Of a DNA stretch of 64,000 nt, positions 1 to 10,738 are shown piece after piece. Below the pieces are notes generated by a model. It was given only the letters and a program-made list of their open reading frames with translations, did no database searches and had not been told where the DNA came from. The position numbers and the translations under genes are program-made. How positions within the stretch are numbered: position 1 is the first letter of the stretch; each line of letters starts with the position of its first letter. Source of the DNA: Candidatus Kapaibacterium sp. (lineage in GTDB: Bacteria; Bacteroidota; Ignavibacteria; Kapaibacteriales; UBA2268); NCBI GenBank assembly GCA_963665665.1, contig OY762428.1, forward strand, positions 3,008,001 through 3,072,000. Direction: 5' to 3'.

Positions 1-239
1 TATGAATTATTGTAGATAGGGATATTTGCCGGGAGCTGCTATATTATTTGTTGGAAATATTCCTTAACATCAACGATTTATCTGATTAGTTCTCTTTAAA
101 GTAAAATTTTCATTAAGATTCTATCATAATAGTAATTATTTTTGAATTTTACTATTTAATCGTTGATTTGTTATTCTTTTTTTCATAAATTCAGGACTTA
201 AGTCCTTAATCAGTTTTTTTAATTAGGAGTTTATTTAAT

Positions 240-3185
240 ATGTTCAAAACAAGAATTTCTGTACTGCTTGCGATGGCAGTCCTGCTCGTTTTTACAGCCT
301 GCTCCAAGAAGGAAGCCGGCTACGCTGTGAAGCAGGAAACCGACAAGAACGGCTACAAGTACGAAGCTGTTGAAAACGACCCTTACGGGCTGAGAATCTA
401 CACACTCGAAAATGGCCTGAAAGTTTACCTTGCCGTGAACAAAGATGCTCCGCGCGTACAGACTTACATTGCAGTTAAAGCCGGTTCCACTTATGACCCA
501 TCCGAAACCACCGGCCTTGCTCACTATCTTGAACACATGATGTTCAAAGGATCCGATGAAATTGCCACCGTTAACTGGGAAGAAGAAAAAGTTCTGCTTG
601 AAACAATATCCGATCTCTACGAGCAGCACAAAGCAACAGACGATCCCGAAGAAAAGAAAGCTATCTACAGAAAAATTGACAGTGTTTCCAATGTAGCCGC
701 GCAGTTTGCTGCTGCCAATGAATACGACAAAATGGTATCTTCTATCGGTGCATCAGGTACAAATGCCTACACAACGCACGAGAGAACCGTTTATATGAAC
801 AATGTTCCTTCCAATGAACTTGACAAATGGATGCAGCTTGAAAGTGAACGCTTCAGCCAGCTGGTTCTCAGGTTGTTCCACACTGAACTTGAAACAGTTT
901 ATGAAGAATTCAATATGTACCAGGATTACGACTGGGCAAAAGCTGATGAAACCCTTCTTGAGAATCTTTTTCCCAAACATCCATACGGCCAGCAAACAAC
1001 TATCGGCAAGCCGGAACACCTTAAAAATCCGTCGATGGTTAATATTCATAATTACCACGACACATACTACGTGCCTAACAATATGGCAGTTTGTCTTTCC
1101 GGTGATTTTGATATGGAAGAAACTATCAAGATGATTGATAACCATTTTGGGAAACTGAAACCAAATGATAACCTGAAAAAGAACGAACTACCAAAAGAAG
1201 ATCCGATAACAGCGCCTGTTATTAAGGAAGTTCTCGGGCCGGATGAAGAGTCTCTTACATTTGCTTATCGCTTTGACGGTTATAATTCCACCGACCGCAA
1301 ATATGTAACAATGATTGATTATATGCTGAACAACAGCAAGGCAGGCCTTATAGATCTGGACCTGGTTCAGAGCCAGAAAGTTCTTTCGGCTGGTTGCAAT
1401 ACAACATTCCTGAAGGATTACGGGTATCATGAATTCATGGGACGTCCGAGGGAAGGCCAGACTCTTGAAGAAGTACGCGATCTTATCCTTAACGAAATTG
1501 AAAAGATCAAAAAAGGCGAATTCGAAGACTGGCTGCCCGAAGCAGTTGTTAATAATATGAAACTCAGCCGTATGAGGTCAGTTGAAAGTAATGGCCGTGC
1601 TCATACCTTCGCAGTTAACTTCACAAATGAATCTACCTGGAAAGCATATCTTGAATTTCTTGATGAGCTTTCAAAGATAACTAAAGAGGAAATCGTAAAA
1701 TTTGCCAAAGAACATTATAAAGACAACTATGTATGTGTATTTAAACGTACCGGCAAAGACGAAAACATCGTGAAAGTTGAAAAACCGGAAATGACACCGG
1801 TTGATATCAATCGTGAGCTGGAATCAGAATTTTTCAAGAATTTCAAAGAGATCAAAACAGAAGAAATTCAGCCTGTATTCGTGGATTTCAAGAAAGAAAT
1901 TTCTACAAAGAAACTTGGCGATATTCAGTATGATTATATCAAAAACAAAACTAATAAACTGTTCAGCCTTTATTATGTTTTTGACATGGGACGCGACAAC
2001 ATGAGGGAGCTTTCCCTGGCTTTCTCCTACCTGAAATATCTCGGTACAGACAAATATACCCCCGAGGATATACAGAAAGAATTCTACAAATTGGGCCTTA
2101 ACTTTGGTGTTTCTGCAGAAGATAATCGCTCCTACGTTTATTTTTCAGGTTTGGAAGACAATTTCGAAAAAGGTATTGAACTCTTCGAACACCTTCTGGC
2201 AAATTGTAAACCAGACCAGGCAAAATACGATGATAAAGTTAAAGATATCCTGAAGAATAGGGCTAATAACAAACTTGACAAAGGCTCTATTCTTTGGGGC
2301 GGACTTTACCATTATGGAAAATTTGGTAAGTTCTCTCCGTATACCAACAAATTTACTGAGGAAGAACTGATCAATTTCGATATTAATAAACTTACCGACC
2401 TGATACACGACGTATCTTCATATAAGCACAAAATGTTCCTTTATGCACAGATGGACCAGGATGCTGCCGGCAAGATTATTGAAAAATATCACAAGGTTCC
2501 CGAAACTCTTAAAGATTATCCCAAACCGATTGAATACCCTGAGCTGAATATTGATAAAAACCAGGTTTATTTCGTAGATTACGATATGGTTCAGACTAAT
2601 ATAGTTATGCTGACAAAGGATGTTCCCTTTGATATGACTCTTATGCCTCAGGCAAAGATATTCAACGAATACTTTGGCGGCGGTTTGTCTTCAATAGTAT
2701 TCCAGGAAATAAGGGAATCCAAAGCATTGGCATATTCTGCATTTGCAGTTTATTCTCAGCCGGTTGAAAAGGATAAATCATTTTATACTTACGGATTTGT
2801 TGGCACCCAGCCTGACAAAATGAAAATTGCCACGGATGCGCTGCTTGAATTAATGAACGATATGCCAAAGGCTGAAAAACAGTTCAATGCTGCTAAAGAA
2901 TCCATTATCAAAAAATACCAGACTTCCAGGCTTATTAAGTCCTCTGCTTACTGGACTTACCTGAGGAACCTTAAATTAGGAATTGATTACGACGTGCGCG
3001 AAAATATTTATAATTCGGTACAGAAAAGTACATTGGATGACCTCGGTAAATTCTTTGACGACCATATCAAAGGCAGGAAATATACATTCCTCGTAATTGG
3101 AAATAAGAAAGATATCGACTTCAATGTTCTTGGCAAATTAGGCCCTGTAACCGAGCTGACACTTGAAGAGATTTTCGGCTATTAA
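240..3185 (+). CDS. M16 family (insulinase/PqqL-like) zinc peptidase, probable lipoprotein
   Basis: Inverted zinc motif HYLEH in TGLAHYLEHMMFKGS; NAYT motif; second half has IRESKALAYS; lipobox-like FTAC after a hydrophobic N-terminus; AGGAG upstream. Confidence 0.92.
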   Translation: MFKTRISVLLAMAVLLVFTACSKKEAGYAVKQETDKNGYKYEAVENDPYGLRIYTLENGLKVYLAVNKDAPRVQTYIAVKAGSTYDPSETTGLAHYLEHMMFKGSDEIATVNWEEEKVLLETISDLYEQHKATDDPEEKKAIYRKIDSVSNVAAQFAAANEYDKMVSSIGASGTNAYTTHERTVYMNNVPSNELDKWMQLESERFSQLVLRLFHTELETVYEEFNMYQDYDWAKADETLLENLFPKHPYGQQTTIGKPEHLKNPSMVNIHNYHDTYYVPNNMAVCLSGDFDMEETIKMIDNHFGKLKPNDNLKKNELPKEDPITAPVIKEVLGPDEESLTFAYRFDGYNSTDRKYVTMIDYMLNNSKAGLIDLDLVQSQKVLSAGCNTTFLKDYGYHEFMGRPREGQTLEEVRDLILNEIEKIKKGEFEDWLPEAVVNNMKLSRMRSVESNGRAHTFAVNFTNESTWKAYLEFLDELSKITKEEIVKFAKEHYKDNYVCVFKRTGKDENIVKVEKPEMTPVDINRELESEFFKNFKEIKTEEIQPVFVDFKKEISTKKLGDIQYDYIKNKTNKLFSLYYVFDMGRDNMRELSLAFSYLKYLGTDKYTPEDIQKEFYKLGLNFGVSAEDNRSYVYFSGLEDNFEKGIELFEHLLANCKPDQAKYDDKVKDILKNRANNKLDKGSILWGGLYHYGKFGKFSPYTNKFTEEELINFDINKLTDLIHDVSSYKHKMFLYAQMDQDAAGKIIEKYHKVPETLKDYPKPIEYPELNIDKNQVYFVDYDMVQTNIVMLTKDVPFDMTLMPQAKIFNEYFGGGLSSIVFQEIRESKALAYSAFAVYSQPVEKDKSFYTYGFVGTQPDKMKIATDALLELMNDMPKAEKQFNAAKESIIKKYQTSRLIKSSAYWTYLRNLKLGIDYDVRENIYNSVQKSTLDDLGKFFDDHIKGRKYTFLVIGNKKDIDFNVLGKLGPVTELTLEEIFGY

Positions 3186-3218
3186 TAAATAACAATTAAA
3201 TAGTTGACATTGAATTAC

Positions 3219-3258
3219 ACTCATCCGATGGCTTTAAGCCATTGGATGAGTTTTTTTT
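3219..3258 (+). terminator. Rho-independent terminator
   Basis: Stem actcatccgatggc/gccattggatgagt followed by a T-run, just after the peptidase stop. Confidence 0.85.
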
Positions 3259-3396
3259 AAAATCCTGACAAGTAATATAGTTATAAAAATAGAAATACTT
3301 GTGAAAAATAATTAAGATTATTTGTTTTTTTTCTTGCTTTTTTATTTTCTTTTAATTAACTTTATTCAAATTCATATTTCGAATTGAAAACAGTGG

Positions 3397-3538
3397 AGCC
3401 AATGCTTTTATTAAGCCAATGCTTTTATTAAGCCAATGCTTTTATTAAGCCAATGCTTTTATTAAGCCAATGCTTTTATTAAGCCAATGCTTTTATTAAG
3501 CCAATGCTTTTATTAAGCCAATGCTTTTATTAAGCCAA
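3397..3538. repeat. Perfect 17-bp tandem repeat (agccaatgcttttatta) x8 plus 6 bp
   Basis: Identical units start at 3397, 3414, 3431, 3448, 3465, 3482, 3499 and 3516; a partial unit starts at 3533. Confidence 0.97.
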
Positions 3539-3771
3539 AATTATTGGAGGTTGAAATGAACAGAAGCCCGTAACAAAAATTATCCCCATAACAGCAATAA
3601 TAAAAAGGCCGGGGAAAGCCCCGACCCCACATTGACTCTACGTCCAAGCAAAGGAATATTATAGAGGACAATGTGCCTTGTTTTTCAGACGCTCTTACGT
3701 TTGCTGTATTGCTTTGCAGTAAATGCAATGAAATTTTCAAAAAATGTAAAAATAACAAAATAGTGTGATAT

Positions 3772-4365
3772 ATGAAAAAGACTATATTTTTAGTAATAGC
3801 AGTATTAGTATTTTCGTTTAGTTTAAGCCAAAATTTGAATGCTCAATGTGATCCTCCATGGGAAGTTTATTCTATTAACGGTAACTGGAAGGGTTGTGAT
3901 TATACAATATATTATTGCGTTTTGACCGATGCATCAGGTATTACTCATAGTAAAGTAGCGAAAATTAAAGCAGATATATTTTGTGCTGAAGATATTTTAA
4001 ATGACCAAGATTTTTGGGCTTCTCTATCTGATATTGTATTGTACCATATGCTTGATAACGCAGAATTTTCACCATGTCCTTTAAATTCATATAATCTCGT
4101 TATCAGCAGAGCTGAATGTTGGAAAGTTCATAATAAACCGCATGATACAATTTGTGAATTTTTGACTTGTGGTGAAATTGGTGAGTGCATTAAAGGCTAC
4201 AAAGTTTGTACTGATTATCTTCAAATCCCCCCTCAAAATATCTGGGAACTTGTTTTTACACAAGCAACTACTTCAGAAATGTGTTCCGAAACATGGCCTG
4301 ATTTTAGTCAATATGATTGGACACAAGAATGGGAAACATTTTGTTTCATAATTTCTTGTGATTGA
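3772..4365 (+). CDS. Secreted cysteine-rich hypothetical protein
   Basis: Signal peptide MKKTIFLVIAVLVFSFSLSQNLNA-Q; 13 Cys in the mature region. Confidence 0.8.
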   Translation: MKKTIFLVIAVLVFSFSLSQNLNAQCDPPWEVYSINGNWKGCDYTIYYCVLTDASGITHSKVAKIKADIFCAEDILNDQDFWASLSDIVLYHMLDNAEFSPCPLNSYNLVISRAECWKVHNKPHDTICEFLTCGEIGECIKGYKVCTDYLQIPPQNIWELVFTQATTSEMCSETWPDFSQYDWTQEWETFCFIISCD

Positions 4366-4375
4366 TAAATTGTTT

Positions 4376-4403
4376 TCACCCGATTAATTCAATAATCGGG
4401 TGA
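4376..4403. other. Intergenic hairpin (possible attenuator or mRNA-stability element)
   Basis: Perfect 11-bp inverted repeat tcacccgatta/taatcgggtga between the two secreted-protein genes; no strong T-tract. Confidence 0.55.
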
Positions 4404-4429
4404 TTATGTTAAATTATGTAGGTTTAACA

Positions 4430-6664
4430 ATGAAAAAGATATTACCGTTATTCTTACTGATTGTATATATTTCCAATGCCGGTTTGAAATTTGATTATCA
4501 GCGGCTGGATATGCATTACGACGGCTTGGTTTTTAATAATAATTACATATTTTTTTACGGGGCTAATAATTCTATTGCAAGAACTGATTTGAATAATGAA
4601 AACTGGGAATTGATAAAAATCATTAACGAGGAAACCGATATTATCAAAATCAGGAATGAAGATAGCGGTTTTTACGGTATATCCGAACAATCTGTTTTTA
4701 GGTTGAACAGTGAAGGTAAACCATTGAATACAAAATCTTTTGAAGCAGTTTCGGAATTTAAAGATGTAATCAAACTTGATAATAATTTCTTGATTCTTAA
4801 TGAGAACAGTATTGATATTCTTGATAATGATTTTGAAAAAATAAATTCCGTTTTTTTTAATGAAAATATTGTAACAACTAAAATGGAATTATTCAACGAT
4901 AATCTGATTGTCGGTACAACAAACGGTTCGCTTTATTCATTTGTTAATGGAATTGATAACCAGCCTGAAATATTTGATTTTGTAGAAAAGGGTTTGATTG
5001 ACAGCAGCAGTAATGTTTCAAATTTTAAGATTAACAACAATTATTTGTTTTTTTCTTTAAATAATAAAATATATAAAACCACGGATATGTCTTCGTTTGA
5101 AGAAATTATTAGTCATTCAAATAATTATAATGTAATCAAGGATACATTATTTTGTTTAAAATTTGATCAAAAAAATATCGGGGCAGTAAACGATCAAATA
5201 AAGTTTTACAGAAATATTGACAACAATATTGAACAGATTAGTAATCCTAATTTAAAGCGATATTTTGACTTGATAATTTCCACAGGTTTCGAATTTATTA
5301 CACCTGATATTATTTTTGCTTTTGGTTTTGACAATTTAATTTTAAAATCATCCGATGGTGGTATAAATTGGAATGTGGTATCATATTATAAACCCGGATT
5401 AGATATTCATTGGGTTAATAATCAAACAGCATATAATTCTAATATTTCGGGAGTTGTTTACAAAACTACAAATGGAGGTATTACCTGGAAGTCACAAAAA
5501 AAAATGGATTTTGATATTAAAAATTGGGCTTTTGATTATTGTTCATATTTTGATGATAGTGGTAAAGGTGTATTGTTTGGTTCCTTGACACAAAAAGGTT
5601 ATCCAAACGTGCTTTATACAAATGATAGCGGCAATACTTTCGATACTACATATATTGAAGAATTGGGGCACTATAGTTTCTCAAGTTATGAGGCGCCATT
5701 AATAAAACATGGTAGTGATTACAAATTATTCTATGCCGGAAATTACAATAATTGGAGTTATACTTTGCTGTTCACTATATCTGATGATTTCAAGTATGCA
5801 AAAAAAGAAAGAATTGATTCTTTGCATTTTTGGGTTATAAAAAAATACAATAACCATTATTATGCTCTTGTACGAGATATGAGACACGATGACGGACAAG
5901 AACCTGATACTTGCGTTTATCACATTCTAAAATCCATTGATCCTGGTATTAACTGGGATACTGTTGTAACAATGAGAACATTGGATACTATTATTCACTA
6001 TATGGATGTAATTGATGGCTACGCATATCTTGGCGGTATATATTGGACAGGACGTGAGGACACATCAAGTTATCATGTGCTATATTTAGTTAATATTGAT
6101 AATCGAAGTCATAAGTTATTGAAATTTGATAATATGGGAGCATATAATTCTTTTTTCAAATATAGAAATGATATTGTTACTGGTGCTAAAAATGGGATTA
6201 TGATCTGTTCAGATATTAAAAAGGATCCCTGGAATTGGGACTTAAAATCTATTCCGGGACAAACCATATGGTTTATTAAAGGTTTTTTTGACAATACAAT
6301 GTATGCTTATACCCTTGACAGACATTTCCTTAAATTCACATTCCACGAAGATACACCAGTAGAAGAATCAGGGGCAGAAGTAATAAAAATGTTCAACTAT
6401 CCTCCATATCCACAACCTGCAAACAACCATGTTAGTACGGAAATATACTGGGACAGCAGGTACGATATGCAAAACGCCACAATAACCGTGCACGACTACA
6501 CGGGCAAAACAATCAGAAAACCCGGAGAGATAAGCGTAAATAAAATGAATGTATATCACGGCGAAATAATCTGGGATTGTTCCTCAGTCTCATCAGGAGT
6601 GTATTTTATTAATATCCGTCTTGGCGGCACAACAAGGACTGTGCCGGTGGTTGTAGGGCGGTGA
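4430..6664 (+). CDS. T9SS type A sorting-domain protein with BNR/YCF48-like beta-propeller repeats
   Basis: Asp-box repeats SSDGGINW, TTNGGITW, TNDSGNTF, SIDPGINW; C-terminal YPQPA...SSGVYFI...VVV. The ATG at 4430 (MKKILPLF signal) is preferred over the GTG at 4400. Confidence 0.82.
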   Translation: MKKILPLFLLIVYISNAGLKFDYQRLDMHYDGLVFNNNYIFFYGANNSIARTDLNNENWELIKIINEETDIIKIRNEDSGFYGISEQSVFRLNSEGKPLNTKSFEAVSEFKDVIKLDNNFLILNENSIDILDNDFEKINSVFFNENIVTTKMELFNDNLIVGTTNGSLYSFVNGIDNQPEIFDFVEKGLIDSSSNVSNFKINNNYLFFSLNNKIYKTTDMSSFEEIISHSNNYNVIKDTLFCLKFDQKNIGAVNDQIKFYRNIDNNIEQISNPNLKRYFDLIISTGFEFITPDIIFAFGFDNLILKSSDGGINWNVVSYYKPGLDIHWVNNQTAYNSNISGVVYKTTNGGITWKSQKKMDFDIKNWAFDYCSYFDDSGKGVLFGSLTQKGYPNVLYTNDSGNTFDTTYIEELGHYSFSSYEAPLIKHGSDYKLFYAGNYNNWSYTLLFTISDDFKYAKKERIDSLHFWVIKKYNNHYYALVRDMRHDDGQEPDTCVYHILKSIDPGINWDTVVTMRTLDTIIHYMDVIDGYAYLGGIYWTGREDTSSYHVLYLVNIDNRSHKLLKFDNMGAYNSFFKYRNDIVTGAKNGIMICSDIKKDPWNWDLKSIPGQTIWFIKGFFDNTMYAYTLDRHFLKFTFHEDTPVEESGAEVIKMFNYPPYPQPANNHVSTEIYWDSRYDMQNATITVHDYTGKTIRKPGEISVNKMNVYHGEIIWDCSSVSSGVYFINIRLGGTTRTVPVVVGR

Positions 6665-6755
6665 TTATTTTCCGGGGATTGATAATTTTTTGGGGTAGTA
6701 TAGGTTTAAATTATTTGTTTGAGTAAGGAAGATAACTGAACCAAATAATTGGTTG

Positions 6756-6966
6756 CTACTCAGCTAAGATGATATTATTCTGTTTTGAAAAGAATAATTG
6801 AGAAATTGTAATTACCCGATTTGTCGGGGCAGGCTTTCAGAGCTTGCGATAGAAGAATACACTTGTATTTTGTATAAAAATATGAAGAACAGACTCTTCG
6901 TTGCTCTCAGAGTAACATTTCCTGGATTTTTAAACATCTGACATGTTTTCCTTTTATGCTGAGTTG
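6756..6966. mobile_element. MITE/REP-like dispersed element, copy 1 (degenerate)
   Basis: Ends ctactcagc...gctgagttg; left end nearly identical to the copy at 26566; internal degenerate gaagaat...actcttcg...ctcagagtaaca palindrome. Confidence 0.7.
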
Positions 6967-6992
6967 TTACTCTTTTCATTACGAATAAAAAC

Positions 6993-7020
6993 AAAAAAGC
7001 TCCGAAAATCGGAGCTTTTT
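6993..7020 (-). terminator. Rho-independent terminator (bidirectional form) downstream of secG
   Basis: aaaaaagctccga-aaa-tcggagcttttt. Confidence 0.85.
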
Positions 7021-7046
7021 AAAATATTTTATTCTAACCGGAATTC

Positions 7047-7421
7047 TTATTTATCAGAATCCTTCTTGTCCTTTGCCGGTGCTGGTTTGCTTTCCGGAGC
7101 AGCCTGTGGTACAGTCTGAAGCGGCATTTGCGGTGACTCTATAGGAGCTGCAACACCTTCAGTAACCGGTTTTTTAACTTCTGTTTCAGAACCAACAAAG
7201 AAGAGATTTGTGATCAGGGCAATTGCTGCGATAACGCCGGCAAGAACCATCGTGATTTTCTGAAGTGTATCCATCATCTGTTTAGCGCCAAAAACCGAAC
7301 TCATCTGGCCGGTAAGCCCGCTGAGGCCCGAAGCCATATCGCTCTTGCCCGGCTGTGCCAAAACAACAATTATCAGAAGTATAGATGCTATTATTGCCAA
7401 AATTGAAAAAACTACTATCAT
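7047..7421 (-). CDS. secG: Preprotein translocase subunit SecG
   Basis: Two TM segments flanking LIIVVLAQPGK...G...FG...LQKIT; low-complexity Pro/Lys C-tail. ATG at 7421 preferred. Confidence 0.88.
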   Translation of the reverse strand: MIVVFSILAIIASILLIIVVLAQPGKSDMASGLSGLTGQMSSVFGAKQMMDTLQKITMVLAGVIAAIALITNLFFVGSETEVKKPVTEGVAAPIESPQMPLQTVPQAAPESKPAPAKDKKDSDK

Positions 7422-7794
7422 TTTTCTATATCCAAACTTTTCAATAATCACTAAAAAACTGAATTACTAAAATATGGACAAAAGCTTAATTTTCAAAACA
7501 TTTTTTTTTATTTTTCAATTTGTACTATATTTTTTCATTCTTTCCTATCCGAAAATTCAAGTCGATGAAGTGTTGAAATTATTTTATTTTCTGTTTGGGA
7601 ATTGAATTTAATCAGCCTTGAACATTTATAATTGTTGCAATACCGGGTATCCGGGGGTGTAATGATGTTTTAAGATTTTTTTAGTAATTACTGCCAATGA
7701 GAAATTGCCAGTTTTGTTTCTTTTTTTGTAAATTTAAGAATAAATTGAAATTGACGAGAGAAATATTAATTTTAAATATATCGGGGCGCTCAAA

Positions 7795-10566
7795 ATGAAC
7801 AATAAAAGGAAACTTTTCCACACACTATTAGCATTTGCTATTATATTGAATATTATTCCGGGCTATGCCGCTGAAAAAAAGAAATTTAATTTTGAAGATG
7901 TCCTGAAATTCAGGGCTATTGAAAATGCGAAACTATCGGAGGACGGCGACTGGCTGATATATAATACCGCTCCCGACATTGGGAATAAGGAAATGGTTGT
8001 TAAGAAAATAATGGATTCCACCATTGATTTTCATGTTGAAAGAGCATCCAATCCAATAATATCAACAAATAATAAGTGGGTTGCAGCAAAATATAATCCT
8101 GATTTTATCAAGCTTGCCAACTCTGCAAAGGGCAAGGCACCCAAAAGCGGAATGCTGCTGTTGAACACTTCCACCGGGGAACAAATTATTAAAAAAGACA
8201 TAGCTTCATTTGAATTTTCCGGCAATTCTGAATGGCTTATCTACAGCCCCTATCCTGATAAAAACGACAAAGAGGAAGCCCCTGAAAAATATAAGATGAA
8301 GAAGATAGGATCTGAACTTGTTATGCATCACCTTGGAAGTGGTACGGAAATAATTATTCCAGGCGTAACAGAGTATTATGCAGACAGTTCATCAACTTTT
8401 ATTTTCTATGCAAGATCAGAAAGAAATGCTGATTCCGATGGTATTTATTACCGTAGCCTGAAAGAAGGATATTGCCCCGAAAGGCCGATACAAAAAATGG
8501 AAAATCATCTTTTTTCCAATCTAACATGGAATAACGCCACGGGCAGGCTGGCATATCTTTCGGCAGGGCTTCAGGATGACGGCAAACCATATAAAGCCTC
8601 GCTCTGGTTCTGGGATTCAAATGAAAAATCAATTATATCTGCAATTACTATGAGCGGCGTAGGGGAGGGCAATTATATTCCTTCAAAAAATAAACTGGCA
8701 TGGTCCGAGGACGGCGGAATTATTTTTGTTGGTACGAAACCGGATGCAGAAAGATACCAGGATGATGAAACCAAAATTATATTCAATAAAGAAAATATTC
8801 TTAATCCTGACAGCATTACTGCTTCGGCTGACCTTGATATCTGGCACAATAACGACCCGTTGATAAAAACAAATGAAAAGAAAACCTGGCCCGGGAAAAG
8901 GGACAGGTTCTATTATGGTGTTTATCATGTTGGTGATTCCCGGTTCGTTCAGCTTGCAGCGCCTGATATGTCGGAAATAATCACAACGGATAATCATAAT
9001 TATACTATTGGTTTTGCAGATGCTCCATACCTGAAGGAGATACAGTGGGACGGTTGGTACAGGGATTTATACCTTGTAAACCTGAAAACAGGAAACAGAA
9101 AATTATTAGAGAAAAGAATATATGACCACGCTTCAATTTCGCCGCTTGGAAAATTCGTGGCTTATTATAATGATAAACAATGGTTCCTTTACGATGTTGC
9201 AAAGGATTCACTCTTGAATATTACAGAATCCATTGGCCTTCCGTTTCATGATGTTGACTGGGACATTCCGGCACCCGCGCCATCTTATGGTTTTCTTGGG
9301 TGGTTCGAAAACGATGATGCTTTTTGTGTTTACGACAAATTTGACCCCTGGATGTTTCTCACCGGAGACGGGTATAGTAAATTTTGTATGACTTTGGGCG
9401 AAGGAAGAGATATTGGGGCTAAGTTCCGCGTTATCAAAACCAGGAAAAACAGGAAGTTTATTTCTTCAAAGGACAGCCTCTATCTTGAAGCATTTAGTGA
9501 AAAAAATAAATGGCAGGGGATTTATATTCATGAAACATGGATTCAGGGAATCAAGGAATATATTCGCGATCCGAATTATCAGTTTAACCTGCTGGAAAAG
9601 GTGGAAAACAGGGACAGATTTTTATATACTCGTGAATCTTACGATGAATTCCCTGACCTGTGGATAGGCGACGGTGAATTCGACCGCCTGACACGAGTAA
9701 GCAATTTGGATAAACAACTTGAACCTTTTTCCTGGGGGAAGGCTGAACTTACTTCGTGGAAAAACGGAAGAGGCCAGGACTTGCAGGGAGTTATTATCAA
9801 GCCGGACAATTTCGAAGAGGGAAAAAAATACCCGGTATTGATTTACTTCTATGAAAGATTTTCCGACAGGCTGCATCAGTTTGTTATGCCGAGGATAAAC
9901 CACAGGCCATGCTACCCGTTATATGTCAGCGATGATTATATAATGCTGTTGCCGGATATTAAGTATGTTTCCGGAGATCCGGGAACCGACGCAACCGATG
10001 CACTTGTCAGGGGAGCGCAGCATTTAATTGATATGGGAATCGCAGATCCGGACAAAATTGCCATACAGGGGCACTCATGGGGCGGATATGAATCTGCTTA
10101 CATTGTTACCAGAACCAATATGTTTGCGGCATGTTGCACGGGAGCTCCTGTTGGGAACATGACAAGCGCTTACAGCGGTATCAGGCTGGGGACAGGCTTG
10201 AGCAGGCAATTCCAGTACGAGAAATGGCAAAGCCGAATCGGGGGCAATCTCTGGGATTCACTTGATAATTATATTCGGAACTCACCTGTGTTCCAGGCCA
10301 GGACAATGAATACGCCAATGCTGATCATGTTTGGCGACAATGACGAAGCTGTGCCATGGGAACAGGGTATAGAACTTTATCTTGCTTTTCGCAGACTTGA
10401 TAAAAATGCCCTGATGCTGCAATATAGAAATGAGCCGCATCACCCGAAAAAGATGAGGAACAAACTTGATTATGCTATTAAAATGAAAGAATTTTTTGAT
10501 CATTACCTGAAAAATACAAAAATGCCTGAATGGATGGAAAAAGGGATTCCCTACAGGGGTGAATAA
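7795..10566 (+). CDS. S9 prolyl oligopeptidase / acylaminoacyl-peptidase family protein
   Basis: Nucleophile motif GHSWGG, catalytic Asp in DEAV and His in EPHH; N-terminal propeller and signal peptide. Confidence 0.92.
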   Translation: MNNKRKLFHTLLAFAIILNIIPGYAAEKKKFNFEDVLKFRAIENAKLSEDGDWLIYNTAPDIGNKEMVVKKIMDSTIDFHVERASNPIISTNNKWVAAKYNPDFIKLANSAKGKAPKSGMLLLNTSTGEQIIKKDIASFEFSGNSEWLIYSPYPDKNDKEEAPEKYKMKKIGSELVMHHLGSGTEIIIPGVTEYYADSSSTFIFYARSERNADSDGIYYRSLKEGYCPERPIQKMENHLFSNLTWNNATGRLAYLSAGLQDDGKPYKASLWFWDSNEKSIISAITMSGVGEGNYIPSKNKLAWSEDGGIIFVGTKPDAERYQDDETKIIFNKENILNPDSITASADLDIWHNNDPLIKTNEKKTWPGKRDRFYYGVYHVGDSRFVQLAAPDMSEIITTDNHNYTIGFADAPYLKEIQWDGWYRDLYLVNLKTGNRKLLEKRIYDHASISPLGKFVAYYNDKQWFLYDVAKDSLLNITESIGLPFHDVDWDIPAPAPSYGFLGWFENDDAFCVYDKFDPWMFLTGDGYSKFCMTLGEGRDIGAKFRVIKTRKNRKFISSKDSLYLEAFSEKNKWQGIYIHETWIQGIKEYIRDPNYQFNLLEKVENRDRFLYTRESYDEFPDLWIGDGEFDRLTRVSNLDKQLEPFSWGKAELTSWKNGRGQDLQGVIIKPDNFEEGKKYPVLIYFYERFSDRLHQFVMPRINHRPCYPLYVSDDYIMLLPDIKYVSGDPGTDATDALVRGAQHLIDMGIADPDKIAIQGHSWGGYESAYIVTRTNMFAACCTGAPVGNMTSAYSGIRLGTGLSRQFQYEKWQSRIGGNLWDSLDNYIRNSPVFQARTMNTPMLIMFGDNDEAVPWEQGIELYLAFRRLDKNALMLQYRNEPHHPKKMRNKLDYAIKMKEFFDHYLKNTKMPEWMEKGIPYRGE

Positions 10567-10670
10567 TTTCAGGTAACCGATATTTGTGCAAATTGCCAGG
10601 CAACATTAATTTTTTAAAAAAAGCAATGATAGCCGGATCTAAGAACAATTTGCCATGGGCATTTTTCAAA

Positions 10671-10710
10671 AAAAAACCTTCCGAAGTGTATAATTCTTCG
10701 GAAGGTTTTT
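10671..10710. terminator. Bidirectional terminator between convergent genes
   Basis: aaaaaaccttccgaag...cttcggaaggttttt. Confidence 0.85.
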
Positions 10711-10738
10711 AAATCTTAATAACTATTTCAGGCAGAAA

